Source: Roseibacillus sp.
GTDB taxonomy: Bacteria; Verrucomicrobiota; Verrucomicrobiia; Verrucomicrobiales; Akkermansiaceae
Direction of reading: 5' to 3'
NCBI GenBank assembly: GCA_965242925.1
Contig: CBDEUM010000014.1
Span: 512,001 to 576,000, forward strand
DNA length: 64,000 nt
Shown here: positions 27,064-36,939 of the stretch, piece by piece
Layout of the letters: the number at the start of each line of letters is the position of its first letter
How positions within the stretch are numbered: the stretch's first letter is position 1
Notes under the pieces: model-generated
The model's input: only the letters and a program-made list of their open reading frames with translations
Database searches by the model: none
Told to the model about the DNA's origin: nothing
Position numbers and translations under genes: made by a program

Positions 27064-28452
27064 ATGAAAAAACAAATCCTCCCCTGCCTGCTTACCTGCC
27101 TGCTTGCCTGCCCCTTTGTGCAGGCCGCGGAACGGAAGCCGAACATCATCGTGGTCTTCTGTGACGATCTTGGTTACGCGGACATCGGTCCATTCGGCTC
27201 CAAGACACATAACACGCCGGTACTCGACCAAATGGCCCGGGAAGGCATGCGGCTGACCGACTTTTATTCCACCTGCTCAGTCTGCACGCCCTCGCGGTCC
27301 AGTCTCATGACCGGTTGTTATCCGCGCCGCGTCAATATGCACGTGGATGAAAAAAACCTCTGCGTGCTCTTCCCCGCCGCCCGCAAGGGCCTCAACCCCG
27401 ACGAGGTCACCATTGCCGAGGTCTTGAAGGAACAGGGCTACGCCACCATGTGCATTGGTAAATGGCACCTGGGGGACCACCCTGACTTTATGCCCACCAA
27501 CCAGGGCTTCGATCATTACTTTGGAATTCCCTACAGCAACGACATGAACCGCAAGCAGGTGCCATTGCCCCTGGTGCGTGACCTGACGGCCATCAAGGAA
27601 AGCGTGCAGAAAGACACCACGATCACCACGCAGTACACAGAAGAAGCGGTCAAGTTCATCAAGACCAACAGTAAAAATCCATTCTTCCTCTACCTGCCCC
27701 ATACCGCCGTGCATCTGCCACTGGTGCCTGGCAAAGAATTCAAGGGCACCAGCAAGGACGGAGCCTATGGCGACTGGGTACAGGAAATAGACTGGTCCAT
27801 GGGGGAACTTTTCAAGGCCCTGAAAGCCGAAGGCATCGATGAAAATACGCTTGTTCTCTTCACTTCCGACAACGGATCCGCCAGGGAAAAACAGGGTAGC
27901 AACCTGCCGCTACGCGGACGCAAGGGCCGCACGGACGAAGGCGGCATGCGCGTGCCCTGCGTGGTGCGCTGGCCCGGCAAGATCCCCGCCGGCACCAGCA
28001 CTGGTGCACTCACCAACACAATGGACCTGCTGCCCACCTTCGCTGCAATCTCCGGCGGCAAGACAGCCACTGACCGCATCATCGACGGCAAAAACATCTG
28101 GCCCATCCTCAGCGGCAAGCAAAAGGGCCACCCGCGCGAGGCCTTCTTCTACTACCAGATGGATCAATTGCAGGCAGTGCGCTCAGGTGACTGGAAGCTC
28201 TTCGTGGCAATGGATTCCAAGAAACGCAACTGGGGCAAGCCCGAGGGGAAAAAGGAGCTCAAGCTTTTCAATCTGGCCGAAGACATCCACGAGGACAACA
28301 ATGTGGCAACAGCCAACCCAAAGGTGGTCAAGCGACTCCTCGCCTACGCCGAGGCCGCCCGCCAGGATCTGGGGGATGGACCCCATCCCGGCAAAGGCCA
28401 GCGCAAGGCCGGCTGGGTGGAGACCCCTTCCCCGCGGTTGCTAGCAAAATAA
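27064..28452 (+). CDS. Arylsulfatase A-like sulfatase
   Basis: [42 protein letters not shown]. Confidence 0.93.
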   Translation: MKKQILPCLLTCLLACPFVQAAERKPNIIVVFCDDLGYADIGPFGSKTHNTPVLDQMAREGMRLTDFYSTCSVCTPSRSSLMTGCYPRRVNMHVDEKNLCVLFPAARKGLNPDEVTIAEVLKEQGYATMCIGKWHLGDHPDFMPTNQGFDHYFGIPYSNDMNRKQVPLPLVRDLTAIKESVQKDTTITTQYTEEAVKFIKTNSKNPFFLYLPHTAVHLPLVPGKEFKGTSKDGAYGDWVQEIDWSMGELFKALKAEGIDENTLVLFTSDNGSAREKQGSNLPLRGRKGRTDEGGMRVPCVVRWPGKIPAGTSTGALTNTMDLLPTFAAISGGKTATDRIIDGKNIWPILSGKQKGHPREAFFYYQMDQLQAVRSGDWKLFVAMDSKKRNWGKPEGKKELKLFNLAEDIHEDNNVATANPKVVKRLLAYAEAARQDLGDGPHPGKGQRKAGWVETPSPRLLAK

Positions 28453-28477
28453 TCCACTCCTCCCCTTTTCCCGGTCC

Positions 28478-29893
28478 ATGAAACACCTGCTGCTCCTGCT
28501 CACCGGCTGCCTCCTTCTGCCCGCGCCACTTCCTGCGGCAGGGAAGACGCGCCCCAACGTGCTCCTCATCTGCATCGATGACCTCCGGCCCGAGCTCAAA
28601 TGCTTCGGGGCCGGGCATATCCACTCGCCCAACATTGATGCCCTGGCCAGACGGGGACGGGCCTTCACCCGGCACTACGTCCAAGCCCCCACCTGCGGTG
28701 CGTCGCGCTACACTCTCCTGACTGGTCGCTATGGACCACGGGACAACGGAGCGCTCTTCCGTCACTCCGGCAACGAGCAGATCCGGACCACCAACATGCC
28801 CGCCTGGTTTCGCAGCAATGGCTACACCACCGTCTCGATCGGGAAGGTGTCCCACCATCCCGGAGGCCGCGGAGGCCCGGACTGGAACGACGACAGCAAA
28901 CCGGAGATGCCGGGAGCCTGGACCCGCCACCTCTGCCCCAGCGGACCCTGGCAACACCCCCGTGGACTCATGCACGGGCAGGCCAACGGGGAGATTCGCA
29001 GGAATGCCAAGGACATGGACGTCCTCCAGGCCTTTGACGGAGCCGATGATTCCTACCCGGACGGACCGACCATCGAGGGGGCCCTTGAACAACTCAACCT
29101 GCTGGAAAAGGACGAGAAGCCCTTCTTCTTCGCGGTGGGATTCCTGCGCCCCCACCTCCCCTTTGGAGCGCCCGCGCGCTACGTGAGACTCTATGACGAC
29201 GTATCCTTCCCGGGCATTCCCCACCCCAGCAAACCGGTGGGCAGGACCACCTGGCACGGCAGCGGGGAGTTCATGAAATACAACCGGTGGAAGCGTGATC
29301 CCCGCAGCGACCCGGATTTCGCCACCAGAGTGCGCAAGCACTACGCAGGCTGCGTGTCCTATGCCGACGCCCTGGTGGGCCGCCTCATGGCCGGGCTCGA
29401 GAAGACGAGCGCTGCCGGAAACACCATCATCGTCCTCTGGGGCGACCATGGCTGGCACCTCGGGGAACACGCGATCTGGGGCAAGCATTCCCTCTTTGAG
29501 GAGTCGCTTCGCTCCCCGCTCGTCGTCATCGCTCCCGGGCTGAAAAAGAACAGCGGCACCCCAACCAGCGCGATCGTGGAGACGGTCGACATTTTTCCCA
29601 CCCTCTGCGACCTCGCCCGGCTGCAACCGCCAACGGATCTGGTGGGAACCTCCCTGCGCCTCCACCTGGAGAATCCTGCCGCCCCCAGCCGGGCGGCCAT
29701 CTCCTACAAGGGTGGTAGCGAAACCATCCGTACTGAGCGTCACCGGCTCGTACGGCACTCCAAAGGCGGCAAGGTTTCTCATCTTGAGCTCTACGATCAT
29801 GAAAATGATCCCGGGGAGATTGAAAACATCGCCGGAAGCCAGCCCGGTCTGGCGGCCGCTCTCAGCAAGAAACTCGATGCCAAACTCAACTGA
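28478..29893 (+). CDS. Sulfatase (iduronate-2-sulfatase-like)
   Basis: [46 protein letters not shown]. Confidence 0.92.
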   Translation: MKHLLLLLTGCLLLPAPLPAAGKTRPNVLLICIDDLRPELKCFGAGHIHSPNIDALARRGRAFTRHYVQAPTCGASRYTLLTGRYGPRDNGALFRHSGNEQIRTTNMPAWFRSNGYTTVSIGKVSHHPGGRGGPDWNDDSKPEMPGAWTRHLCPSGPWQHPRGLMHGQANGEIRRNAKDMDVLQAFDGADDSYPDGPTIEGALEQLNLLEKDEKPFFFAVGFLRPHLPFGAPARYVRLYDDVSFPGIPHPSKPVGRTTWHGSGEFMKYNRWKRDPRSDPDFATRVRKHYAGCVSYADALVGRLMAGLEKTSAAGNTIIVLWGDHGWHLGEHAIWGKHSLFEESLRSPLVVIAPGLKKNSGTPTSAIVETVDIFPTLCDLARLQPPTDLVGTSLRLHLENPAAPSRAAISYKGGSETIRTERHRLVRHSKGGKVSHLELYDHENDPGEIENIAGSQPGLAAALSKKLDAKLN

Positions 29894-29902
29894 TTATTCT
29901 TC

Positions 29903-31414
29903 ATGAAACGTTTGCTCCTCTTCCTGTGGGCCCTGAGTTCCGGACCCGGCACTCTCAGCGCGGCCGACCTGCCCAACATCCTGATGATCGCGATCGACGA
30001 TCAGAATGACTGGATCGGCTGCCTCGGAGGCCACCCGCAGGCGCGCACGCCCGCCATCGATGCCCTCGCCAGCCGCGGCACGGTTTTCACCAATGCGCAC
30101 TGCCAGTCGCCCCTCTGTAATCCTTCCCGCACCAGCCTCATGACCGGGCTGCGCCCCGGCACCACCGGCGTTTACGGACTGGCCCCGTGGTTCCGCTCCC
30201 TCCCTGAATTCGCCAACGTGCTGACCCTGCCCCAGTACTTCGCCAGGCAGGGCAACTACCACACCGCCATGACGGGCAAGATCTATCACGGCCGCTCCGG
30301 GCGATCCGTCCAGGGCGAGTTCATCGAGTGGCACGAGGTCGGCCCCGGGGCATCCGGAAAGCCATTCCCGCCCAAGAAGCTTGTCACCACCCCGCAGCCC
30401 CATCGCCTCATGGACTGGGGCACCTTCCCCCACCGGGACGAGGACAAGGGTGACTACCAGGTCGCCAGCTGGGCCGTCGACCGCCTGAAGACCTACGCCA
30501 GGTCGGACCAGAAAAAACCTCTCTTCCTCGCAACCGGATTTTTCCTCCCCCATGTCCCCTGCTATGCCACCCGGAAGTGGATGGACCTCCATCCGCTCGA
30601 TCAAGTGAAGCTCCCGGTGGTGCAACCCAGCGACCGTTCCGACACGCCCCGTTTCTCGTGGTACATCCACTGGAAACTCCCCGAACCACGCCTCAAGTTC
30701 CTGAAGGACGCGAACCAATGGGAAAACCTCACCCGCTCCTACCTTGCCTGCACCTCCTTCATCGATGCCCAGGTCCAGCGCCTGTTGGACACTCTCAAGG
30801 AAACAGGACTTGGGAAAAACACCCTCGTGGTGCTCTGGTCCGATCATGGATTTCACATCGGAGAGAAGGAAATCACCGGCAAGAACACCCTCTGGGATGA
30901 CGGAACCCGAGTGCCTCTCATTTTCGCCGGCCCCGGGGTGAAGGGCGGGCAGGTTTGCACCCGTCCGGCTGAACTGCTCGATATTTACCCCACCCTGGTC
31001 GAGCTCCTCGATTTTCCCGCAAACAGGAAACTGGAGGGGCACTCACTGGTTCCGCAGCTCAGGAACGCCCAGGCGGCCCGCCAGTGGCCCGCGATCACCA
31101 CCCACAATCACGACAATCATGGGATTCGCTCGGAAAAGTGGCGTTACATCCGCTACGCCGACGGTTCGGAGGAGCTCTACCACACGGCCGAGGATCCCAA
31201 CGAATGGAACAACCTCCTCGCCCCCATCGGCGGCAAGCAGGATCCCGCCATGCGGGCCCAGGCCGACAAGCTCGCACATTGGATTCCCAAGGTGAACCGC
31301 AAGCCCGCCCCCCGTTCGGCCCACCGCATTCTCACCTACGACAAAGAAACCGGGAAGACCATCTGGCAGGGCGAGGAGATCAAGCCGGACGATCCAGTGC
31401 CGGAACTGCAGTAA
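29903..31414 (+). CDS. Sulfatase (iduronate-2-/choline-sulfatase-like)
   Basis: PNILMIAIDDQND, CNPSR, GKIYH, GFFLPHVP, WSDHGFHIGEK. Confidence 0.92.
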   Translation: MKRLLLFLWALSSGPGTLSAADLPNILMIAIDDQNDWIGCLGGHPQARTPAIDALASRGTVFTNAHCQSPLCNPSRTSLMTGLRPGTTGVYGLAPWFRSLPEFANVLTLPQYFARQGNYHTAMTGKIYHGRSGRSVQGEFIEWHEVGPGASGKPFPPKKLVTTPQPHRLMDWGTFPHRDEDKGDYQVASWAVDRLKTYARSDQKKPLFLATGFFLPHVPCYATRKWMDLHPLDQVKLPVVQPSDRSDTPRFSWYIHWKLPEPRLKFLKDANQWENLTRSYLACTSFIDAQVQRLLDTLKETGLGKNTLVVLWSDHGFHIGEKEITGKNTLWDDGTRVPLIFAGPGVKGGQVCTRPAELLDIYPTLVELLDFPANRKLEGHSLVPQLRNAQAARQWPAITTHNHDNHGIRSEKWRYIRYADGSEELYHTAEDPNEWNNLLAPIGGKQDPAMRAQADKLAHWIPKVNRKPAPRSAHRILTYDKETGKTIWQGEEIKPDDPVPELQ

Positions 31415-31421
31415 TGGGAAC

Positions 31422-34400
31422 TCACTCCCACTCGCACAGGCTCTGCACGTATTGCGACGATTCCGCGAACCACTCATCAAGCTGGGCCGGGTCCTTGAGC
31501 TGCTGGCCGCGCTGCCGTTCAACCAGGAAAAACCCGCAGTTGGCTTCGGGCAGAATGGTAAGGTCTCCCCAGAGGTTCTCGACCTGGGCGACGGGGTAAA
31601 CCGCTTCCTGGCCGTGACCCCAGCGTTTCTTCACCTCCTTGATGGTGAGATAGGTCGGCACGCACTCCGCCAGGTCGCGGACTGCTCTGGCCAGCCTGTC
31701 CTGATCGCTGGCCAGAACCTCCTCCCTCGTCAGACCGAGGAGCGCAAGATACTGGTCGAGGTCGATCCAGGTGGTCATTGAGTTGTAGTAGGAGAGCCCG
31801 AACTCGGACTCGGCATCGGGCATGGCAAGGCCTTCCACAAGGCGGGGCGTTCCATCGACACGCGCCAATCCGCCCCCCCGATCCGCCAGACGCCTCGTGA
31901 TCACCTCAAAGGTCAGCCCGTGACCGCGCTCGAGATGCCGTCCCAGGATGACCGGATCAACCGAGGCTCCCAGCGTATCCACATTGTGGAGCAGCAGGGT
32001 CTTGAGTTGCGGGCGCTCTTCCAGGAGCAGGCGCAGGGTGCCGTTCAACACGAGATTCGGGATCTCATAAAAGTGGCCCATCGGGTGGAGGCACTGCTCG
32101 GGCAAGTTCCCGGTGTAATCACTCGCTTCCCCGCAGTTCCGCGCCCAATCGATCAGAGCGGCACGAGCCGAATCACGGATCTTCTGTTGCTGGGCATCAA
32201 GCTGCTGCTGGGGCGTCTCCTCCCAGGCAAAACGCAAATCGCGCTCGGTCGGCACCATCCGCAGTCCCACCGTGCGGCCCGGGGAGAGGAAAAGCGGGCC
32301 ATCGTAGTGGTAGTTCGAAGCGCTCTCCAGAAACCTGCTGGTAGGATCATGGGTCAGGTAGGACGTCGTGAAAATGTGGGGCAACGGGACCCCGTGCTCC
32401 CGTGCCGTCTTGCGGGACTTGGCGAGATGGACTTCAAGAAAGGTGCGGTAGCTCCCGCCCAGCGGAGCAAAGGGGTTGAGGGCCTTGCAGGTCCCCGCTC
32501 CCCCGGTCCAGCGCGAACCCGCCCCCGCGGCCAGGGTAACCACTGCCACCTCTCCACCCGCCAGGGCTTCTGCCCCCCTCCGGCGGGCCTCCTCCCCGCC
32601 CTGAGCAACAACTGAACAATCAACAACATCATCAGCGCCCACATCCTCGATCCGGGTCGTGGGAGGAAGACGATTGCTCAGCATTCCGATCCGGCCAGCC
32701 CGAACGCTGGCCCGGATCCCTTCGTGAACATTGTGGTCGAACCCGCTTTCCTCCATGAGCCGCCTCAGGGCCCCGCTCTCCGCCTCCCCCCTGTCTGCGC
32801 CCTGCCCGCCTTCGGAGGCAGGCTCCTGCAATCGATGATAGGACTCCGGCAGCTGCATCCCGCCCTCCAGCAGATCGGCACAGGTGCCGGTATGATTGAT
32901 GGAAAACTCATAGACCACCGGATTCATCCCGAAGGGCAGGGCGGCCTGCAACTGATCCTTGGTCTCCTCCATGATGCGGGCCATTGCCTCCTGGGCCTCC
33001 GTCTTCCGTTCCGGCGCAAAAATGAATCCCATCCCGCCTCCCGACATGCCTCCCAGCATCCAGAAGCCCCAGAAATCTTCTCCGAACTCCTGCTCCGCCC
33101 GCGCAATCAGGGTTTCCGTGAACAGGTTGGTGGCCCAGGGAATGATGCTCTGGATCGGACCACGGAAGTTCCGGGTGGCGGCCCGGCCAAGGGCCTCGAT
33201 ATCCCCTTTCTGCAGGGAATTCACCAGTTCATCCAGAAGTGCAAGCGCCTCCTGTCGGGCCGCCCACGCCACCGGAGAGCGCAGGAGATACTTCTCTGTC
33301 ACCATCTCGAGGATGGGCCCCACGTCTTGCGCCATCCCGCCATGCACAAGCACCAGCGAGTTCTCGAGCGCCTGCCGCGACGACTCCGGGATCTCATCCT
33401 CCCCGAAGACATGATGGACCGGCAGCAAACATCCACGTGAAACATTGAACTCGGGATCGCCTTCCTCCGCCCGCACTCCCGTAATCAATTTAATCCCAGG
33501 CCACACCCCACCGCAGTCCTGCCAACCCCCGCCCGATCCGCCAAGCCACTCCCCGAGAATGGCCCGCGCAAGGACGAGACGCCTTTCGTTCTCCCGGAGG
33601 GGCCCGGTGAGCGACCCCGTTTGGCCGGTCGCCCGCATGAGCACCCCGATCAAGGCCGCCAGCAGATTCGTCGAGACCGCCAGCCGGGAACCCTTCGGGA
33701 TGCCGTTCACCCACGAAACCACCTCGATGCCCCGCCCCGGACCCACCATGCGCTCGAGGAGATTTTCCAGGCCTTGCCCCGACCCCTCGATCCCGGGCGG
33801 CACCACCCCGGAGGCAATCACGGCGGCCTTGAGCAGGCCCAGGTCATCTTTTGCAAAGTCGAAGATTTCTCCCAGGGTCCCAATCCGCGCGGTGGCCTTA
33901 AGATCCACGGAGGTCAGCACGATAACCGGCTCATCGATGACCCGGACATGAGCCTCAATGGGAGGGCGCGGTTCCGGATCCCGTCCATGAACCCCCAAGT
34001 CTATGGAAACATTGAGGACCCGGGCGCCCTCGGGATAGTCCATGCCCAGGAAGAAGATGTCCGACCACCCTGCGTGGGAAAGGTCCATGCGCACCGGCGT
34101 CCGTTCCCGCAGGATCCGGCGGGAGCCGTCGGGCAGTGGCTCCAACAGCTCATCCCTGATCAAAAGCGGATGGTCCGCGGGATGCCCCATGCGGAACATC
34201 CACTGGTGTCCCCGCACCGTGCGCACTGAGCGCCGCACCTGGGCCGCCAGGGTCTGAAAGGCCAACTCATAGTATCCCTCCGCAAGAGCGGACGAAAGGG
34301 CATCGTTGGCCCCCTGCTCGGCCACCGCGAGGTGAAATACATCAATGGCTTCCGCAAATCTGCGGCGAAGGAGATGCTCCTGTCCCCCAAAGGGGATGTA

Positions 34401-34631
34401 GCCTATCCGCCTGGGCGGCAGCCTGGGGGGAAGGTGAACACGGTGAATGGCGGACAGGAAAAACAGCGCCCGCACGCGCTCGTAGAGATTCCCGGCCTCC
34501 CGCCGGAACAGGTCGAGTTCGATGCACTCCTCCAGGAGTTCCGCCAGAGAAAGCTCCGCACAGGCCTCCCCCAGCGCAGTATCGCGCACCGAAGAATCTC
34601 CGCTCGTGATGATGTTCAGGAGCTTGGGCAT
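31422..34631 (-). CDS. Bifunctional GHMP-type sugar kinase / UDPGP-family nucleotide-sugar pyrophosphorylase
   Basis: Kinase-like motifs PVRMDLSHAGWSD, IPKGSRLAVST, GGGWQD, LGGMSGGG; C-terminal LAAGAGSRW, PMGH and HNVDTLGA matching UDPGP-family LxGGxGT, PxGH and NxDNL. Confidence 0.8.
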   Translation of the reverse strand: MPKLLNIITSGDSSVRDTALGEACAELSLAELLEECIELDLFRREAGNLYERVRALFFLSAIHRVHLPPRLPPRRIGYIPFGGQEHLLRRRFAEAIDVFHLAVAEQGANDALSSALAEGYYELAFQTLAAQVRRSVRTVRGHQWMFRMGHPADHPLLIRDELLEPLPDGSRRILRERTPVRMDLSHAGWSDIFFLGMDYPEGARVLNVSIDLGVHGRDPEPRPPIEAHVRVIDEPVIVLTSVDLKATARIGTLGEIFDFAKDDLGLLKAAVIASGVVPPGIEGSGQGLENLLERMVGPGRGIEVVSWVNGIPKGSRLAVSTNLLAALIGVLMRATGQTGSLTGPLRENERRLVLARAILGEWLGGSGGGWQDCGGVWPGIKLITGVRAEEGDPEFNVSRGCLLPVHHVFGEDEIPESSRQALENSLVLVHGGMAQDVGPILEMVTEKYLLRSPVAWAARQEALALLDELVNSLQKGDIEALGRAATRNFRGPIQSIIPWATNLFTETLIARAEQEFGEDFWGFWMLGGMSGGGMGFIFAPERKTEAQEAMARIMEETKDQLQAALPFGMNPVVYEFSINHTGTCADLLEGGMQLPESYHRLQEPASEGGQGADRGEAESGALRRLMEESGFDHNVHEGIRASVRAGRIGMLSNRLPPTTRIEDVGADDVVDCSVVAQGGEEARRRGAEALAGGEVAVVTLAAGAGSRWTGGAGTCKALNPFAPLGGSYRTFLEVHLAKSRKTAREHGVPLPHIFTTSYLTHDPTSRFLESASNYHYDGPLFLSPGRTVGLRMVPTERDLRFAWEETPQQQLDAQQQKIRDSARAALIDWARNCGEASDYTGNLPEQCLHPMGHFYEIPNLVLNGTLRLLLEERPQLKTLLLHNVDTLGASVDPVILGRHLERGHGLTFEVITRRLADRGGGLARVDGTPRLVEGLAMPDAESEFGLSYYNSMTTWIDLDQYLALLGLTREEVLASDQDRLARAVRDLAECVPTYLTIKEVKKRWGHGQEAVYPVAQVENLWGDLTILPEANCGFFLVERQRGQQLKDPAQLDEWFAESSQYVQSLCEWE

Positions 34632-35476
34632 CCAGGACGGGAATGGGCAGTGATCTCGATGATGTCAGTGAGCACCTCGTCACGGTGGGGGCCCGCCAAC
34701 GCCAGGGAGAGCTGCGCCCGCAGGAGACCGTAACGTTCTCCGACGTTGAAACGCTCCCCCGCCAGTTCCGCCGCCAGATACTTCTCCGACCTGGCCATGA
34801 AGGCCAAGGTGGGAGTGAGCCCGAGCTTCTCTCCCCTGCCCAGCAGGGAGACTTCTTCCTCCAGACGTTCCATCACCCCCGCGGTGAGAGAGTGCATCCC
34901 GAAGAAGCAGAGGTAGTTGCCCGCGCGTAGACCGGGAACGATGAGTTCCTGCTCGGCCTGGGTGGGGGTTGGCTTCTCCACGACATCGTGCACGACGAAT
35001 AGAGAAGGGGAGGCCGGCACCCGCGTCGCGGCAACTGTCCCATAGTAGCGAAGCTCGCTCTCATGGGTCGGGTTGACTGCCGAGATACAGCCATCATGAG
35101 TGGCTGTCACCTCCAGCATCTGTCGCACACAGGACGACTCCCCGGAACTGAGATAAAGGTGATCCCCCAACAGCAGGACGAAGGAATCGTCTCCGGTGAA
35201 TTTGTGGGCACTCCACACCGCATGACCGTAGCCCCGCGGATCGCTCTGCTCGATCAGGGTGAGGCGATCCGCGTGCTCCCCCGCGGCCTGCAGATAGGCC
35301 TCGCGTGTTCCGGGATGGATGATCACCGCCGCTGATTCGATTCCCGAAGCGAAGAGGTCATCGAGAATAATGGCCAAAGCCGTCTTGGGCACCCCTTCCG
35401 AATCCACCAGCGTCTGAAGAGGCAGGTGGTGGTCGGTCGGGCTGGCGGCAGTAACGACAGCTTTGGTGGGGATCAC
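34616..35476 (-). CDS. GalU/GalF-like sugar-phosphate nucleotidyltransferase-family protein
   Basis: KAVVTAA, Q..PRGYGHAV, LLGDHLY, YYG, VVEKP; probable GTG start at 35476, 6 nt after a TACGCT -10-like hexamer; the 3' end overlaps the start of the fusion gene. Confidence 0.8.
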   Translation of the reverse strand: MIPTKAVVTAASPTDHHLPLQTLVDSEGVPKTALAIILDDLFASGIESAAVIIHPGTREAYLQAAGEHADRLTLIEQSDPRGYGHAVWSAHKFTGDDSFVLLLGDHLYLSSGESSCVRQMLEVTATHDGCISAVNPTHESELRYYGTVAATRVPASPSLFVVHDVVEKPTPTQAEQELIVPGLRAGNYLCFFGMHSLTAGVMERLEEEVSLLGRGEKLGLTPTLAFMARSEKYLAAELAGERFNVGERYGLLRAQLSLALAGPHRDEVLTDIIEITAHSRPGCPSS

Positions 35477-35580
35477 AGCGGGAGCGTATGGGTCAGACAG
35501 CGCGAACAAAGGAAATGTTCACCGATAAACGGACCGGGATTGCCATCCCTCCACGATTCACACACTGTTGACGTCCTGCC

Positions 35581-36912
35581 ATGCGTCTTCTTCTCTCATT
35601 CTTCCTCGCCGCCTGCTTCGCACTCATCACTCCCCCCGCAAGCCGCGCGCAGGACGCCATCCGGCCCAACGTCCTGCTCATCATTTCGGACGACCAGGCC
35701 TGGGGGGACTACTCCTTCCTTGGGCATCCGCACATCAAGACGCCCCACCTCGACAAGTTGGCCGGGGAATCACTGACCTACACCCGCGGCTACGTTGCCG
35801 CTCCCCTCTGCCGCCCTTCTCTCGCCTCCATCTTCAGCGGAAAGTATCCCCACCAGCACGGCATTACCGGCAATGACCCGAGGCTCCCCCCCGGCAAAAA
35901 GGGAGGGCGCGCCACTCCCGGGTTGAAGCCCCTCTACGAGGCGATCATGACGCGTATCGATGACGATCCCGGCCTGGCCCATCTTCTCGGCCAGGCTGGC
36001 TACCTCTCCCTGCAGACCGGCAAGTGGTGGGAAGGAGACCCAAGGGAAAGGGGCGGCTTCACCCACGCGATGACACATGGGGATCCGAAGCGGGGTGGGC
36101 GCCATGGCGATGCGGGACTCAAGGTCAGCCGACAGGGAATCAAACCCATCACCGATTTTATCGCCGAAGCAAAGCAGCAGGAAAAGCCCTTCTTCATCTG
36201 GCACGCCCCGTTCCTGCCGCATACTCCGCACAACCCGCCTGCCCGCTTGTTCGAGAAGTACCAGAAGAAGACCGACTCCAGATTCATCGCCCGCTACTGG
36301 GCGATGTGCGAGTGGTTCGACGAGACCTGCGGGGAACTGTTGCGCCACCTCGACAAGGAGGGCCTGAGAAAAAATACCATTGTGCTCTACGTTACCGATA
36401 ACGGGTGGATCCAGAGTGCCGGCAGCGGCCGCTATGCGCCACGGTCCAAGCGCTCCCCAAACGAGGGGGGAGTCCGAACCCCCGTCATGATCCGCTGGCC
36501 CGGCAAGGTGGAGCAGAAGTTCGACGAGCAGACCCTCGTGAGCTCGATCGACCTCGCTCCCACCATTCTCAGGGCCTGCGGACTCAAGGTTCCTCCCTCG
36601 ATGGGCGGGATTGATCTCCGGGACAGGGCCGCCCTCATGAAACGCAATGCGGTCTTCGGGGCGGCCTACGATCATGACATCCTCGATGTCAGCAGGCCCA
36701 ACCTCAGCGTAGAGACCCGTTTCGTGGTCGCGGATACCTGGAAACTGCTCTCCCATCACCAGGAGGCGGCTCAAGGCAAGCCGGTAGAGCTCTACAACCT
36801 GAGCGTCGACCCGGCGGAAAGGCAGAACCTCGCCGCCCGGCACCCCGGGAAGGTGAAGGAACTCCGGGCCAAGCTCGACACCTGGTGGGCCGGCCCGAAA
36901 AGGGCCCCCTGA
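35581..36912 (+). CDS. Sulfatase with non-canonical CRPSL motif
   Basis: PNVLLIISDDQ, LCRPSLASIFSG, GKWWEG, LPHTPH, TDNGW, EGGVRTP. Confidence 0.9.
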   Translation: MRLLLSFFLAACFALITPPASRAQDAIRPNVLLIISDDQAWGDYSFLGHPHIKTPHLDKLAGESLTYTRGYVAAPLCRPSLASIFSGKYPHQHGITGNDPRLPPGKKGGRATPGLKPLYEAIMTRIDDDPGLAHLLGQAGYLSLQTGKWWEGDPRERGGFTHAMTHGDPKRGGRHGDAGLKVSRQGIKPITDFIAEAKQQEKPFFIWHAPFLPHTPHNPPARLFEKYQKKTDSRFIARYWAMCEWFDETCGELLRHLDKEGLRKNTIVLYVTDNGWIQSAGSGRYAPRSKRSPNEGGVRTPVMIRWPGKVEQKFDEQTLVSSIDLAPTILRACGLKVPPSMGGIDLRDRAALMKRNAVFGAAYDHDILDVSRPNLSVETRFVVADTWKLLSHHQEAAQGKPVELYNLSVDPAERQNLAARHPGKVKELRAKLDTWWAGPKRAP

Positions 36913-36939
36913 TTACCGGTCTCCGGCCCCTTTCCTCCC

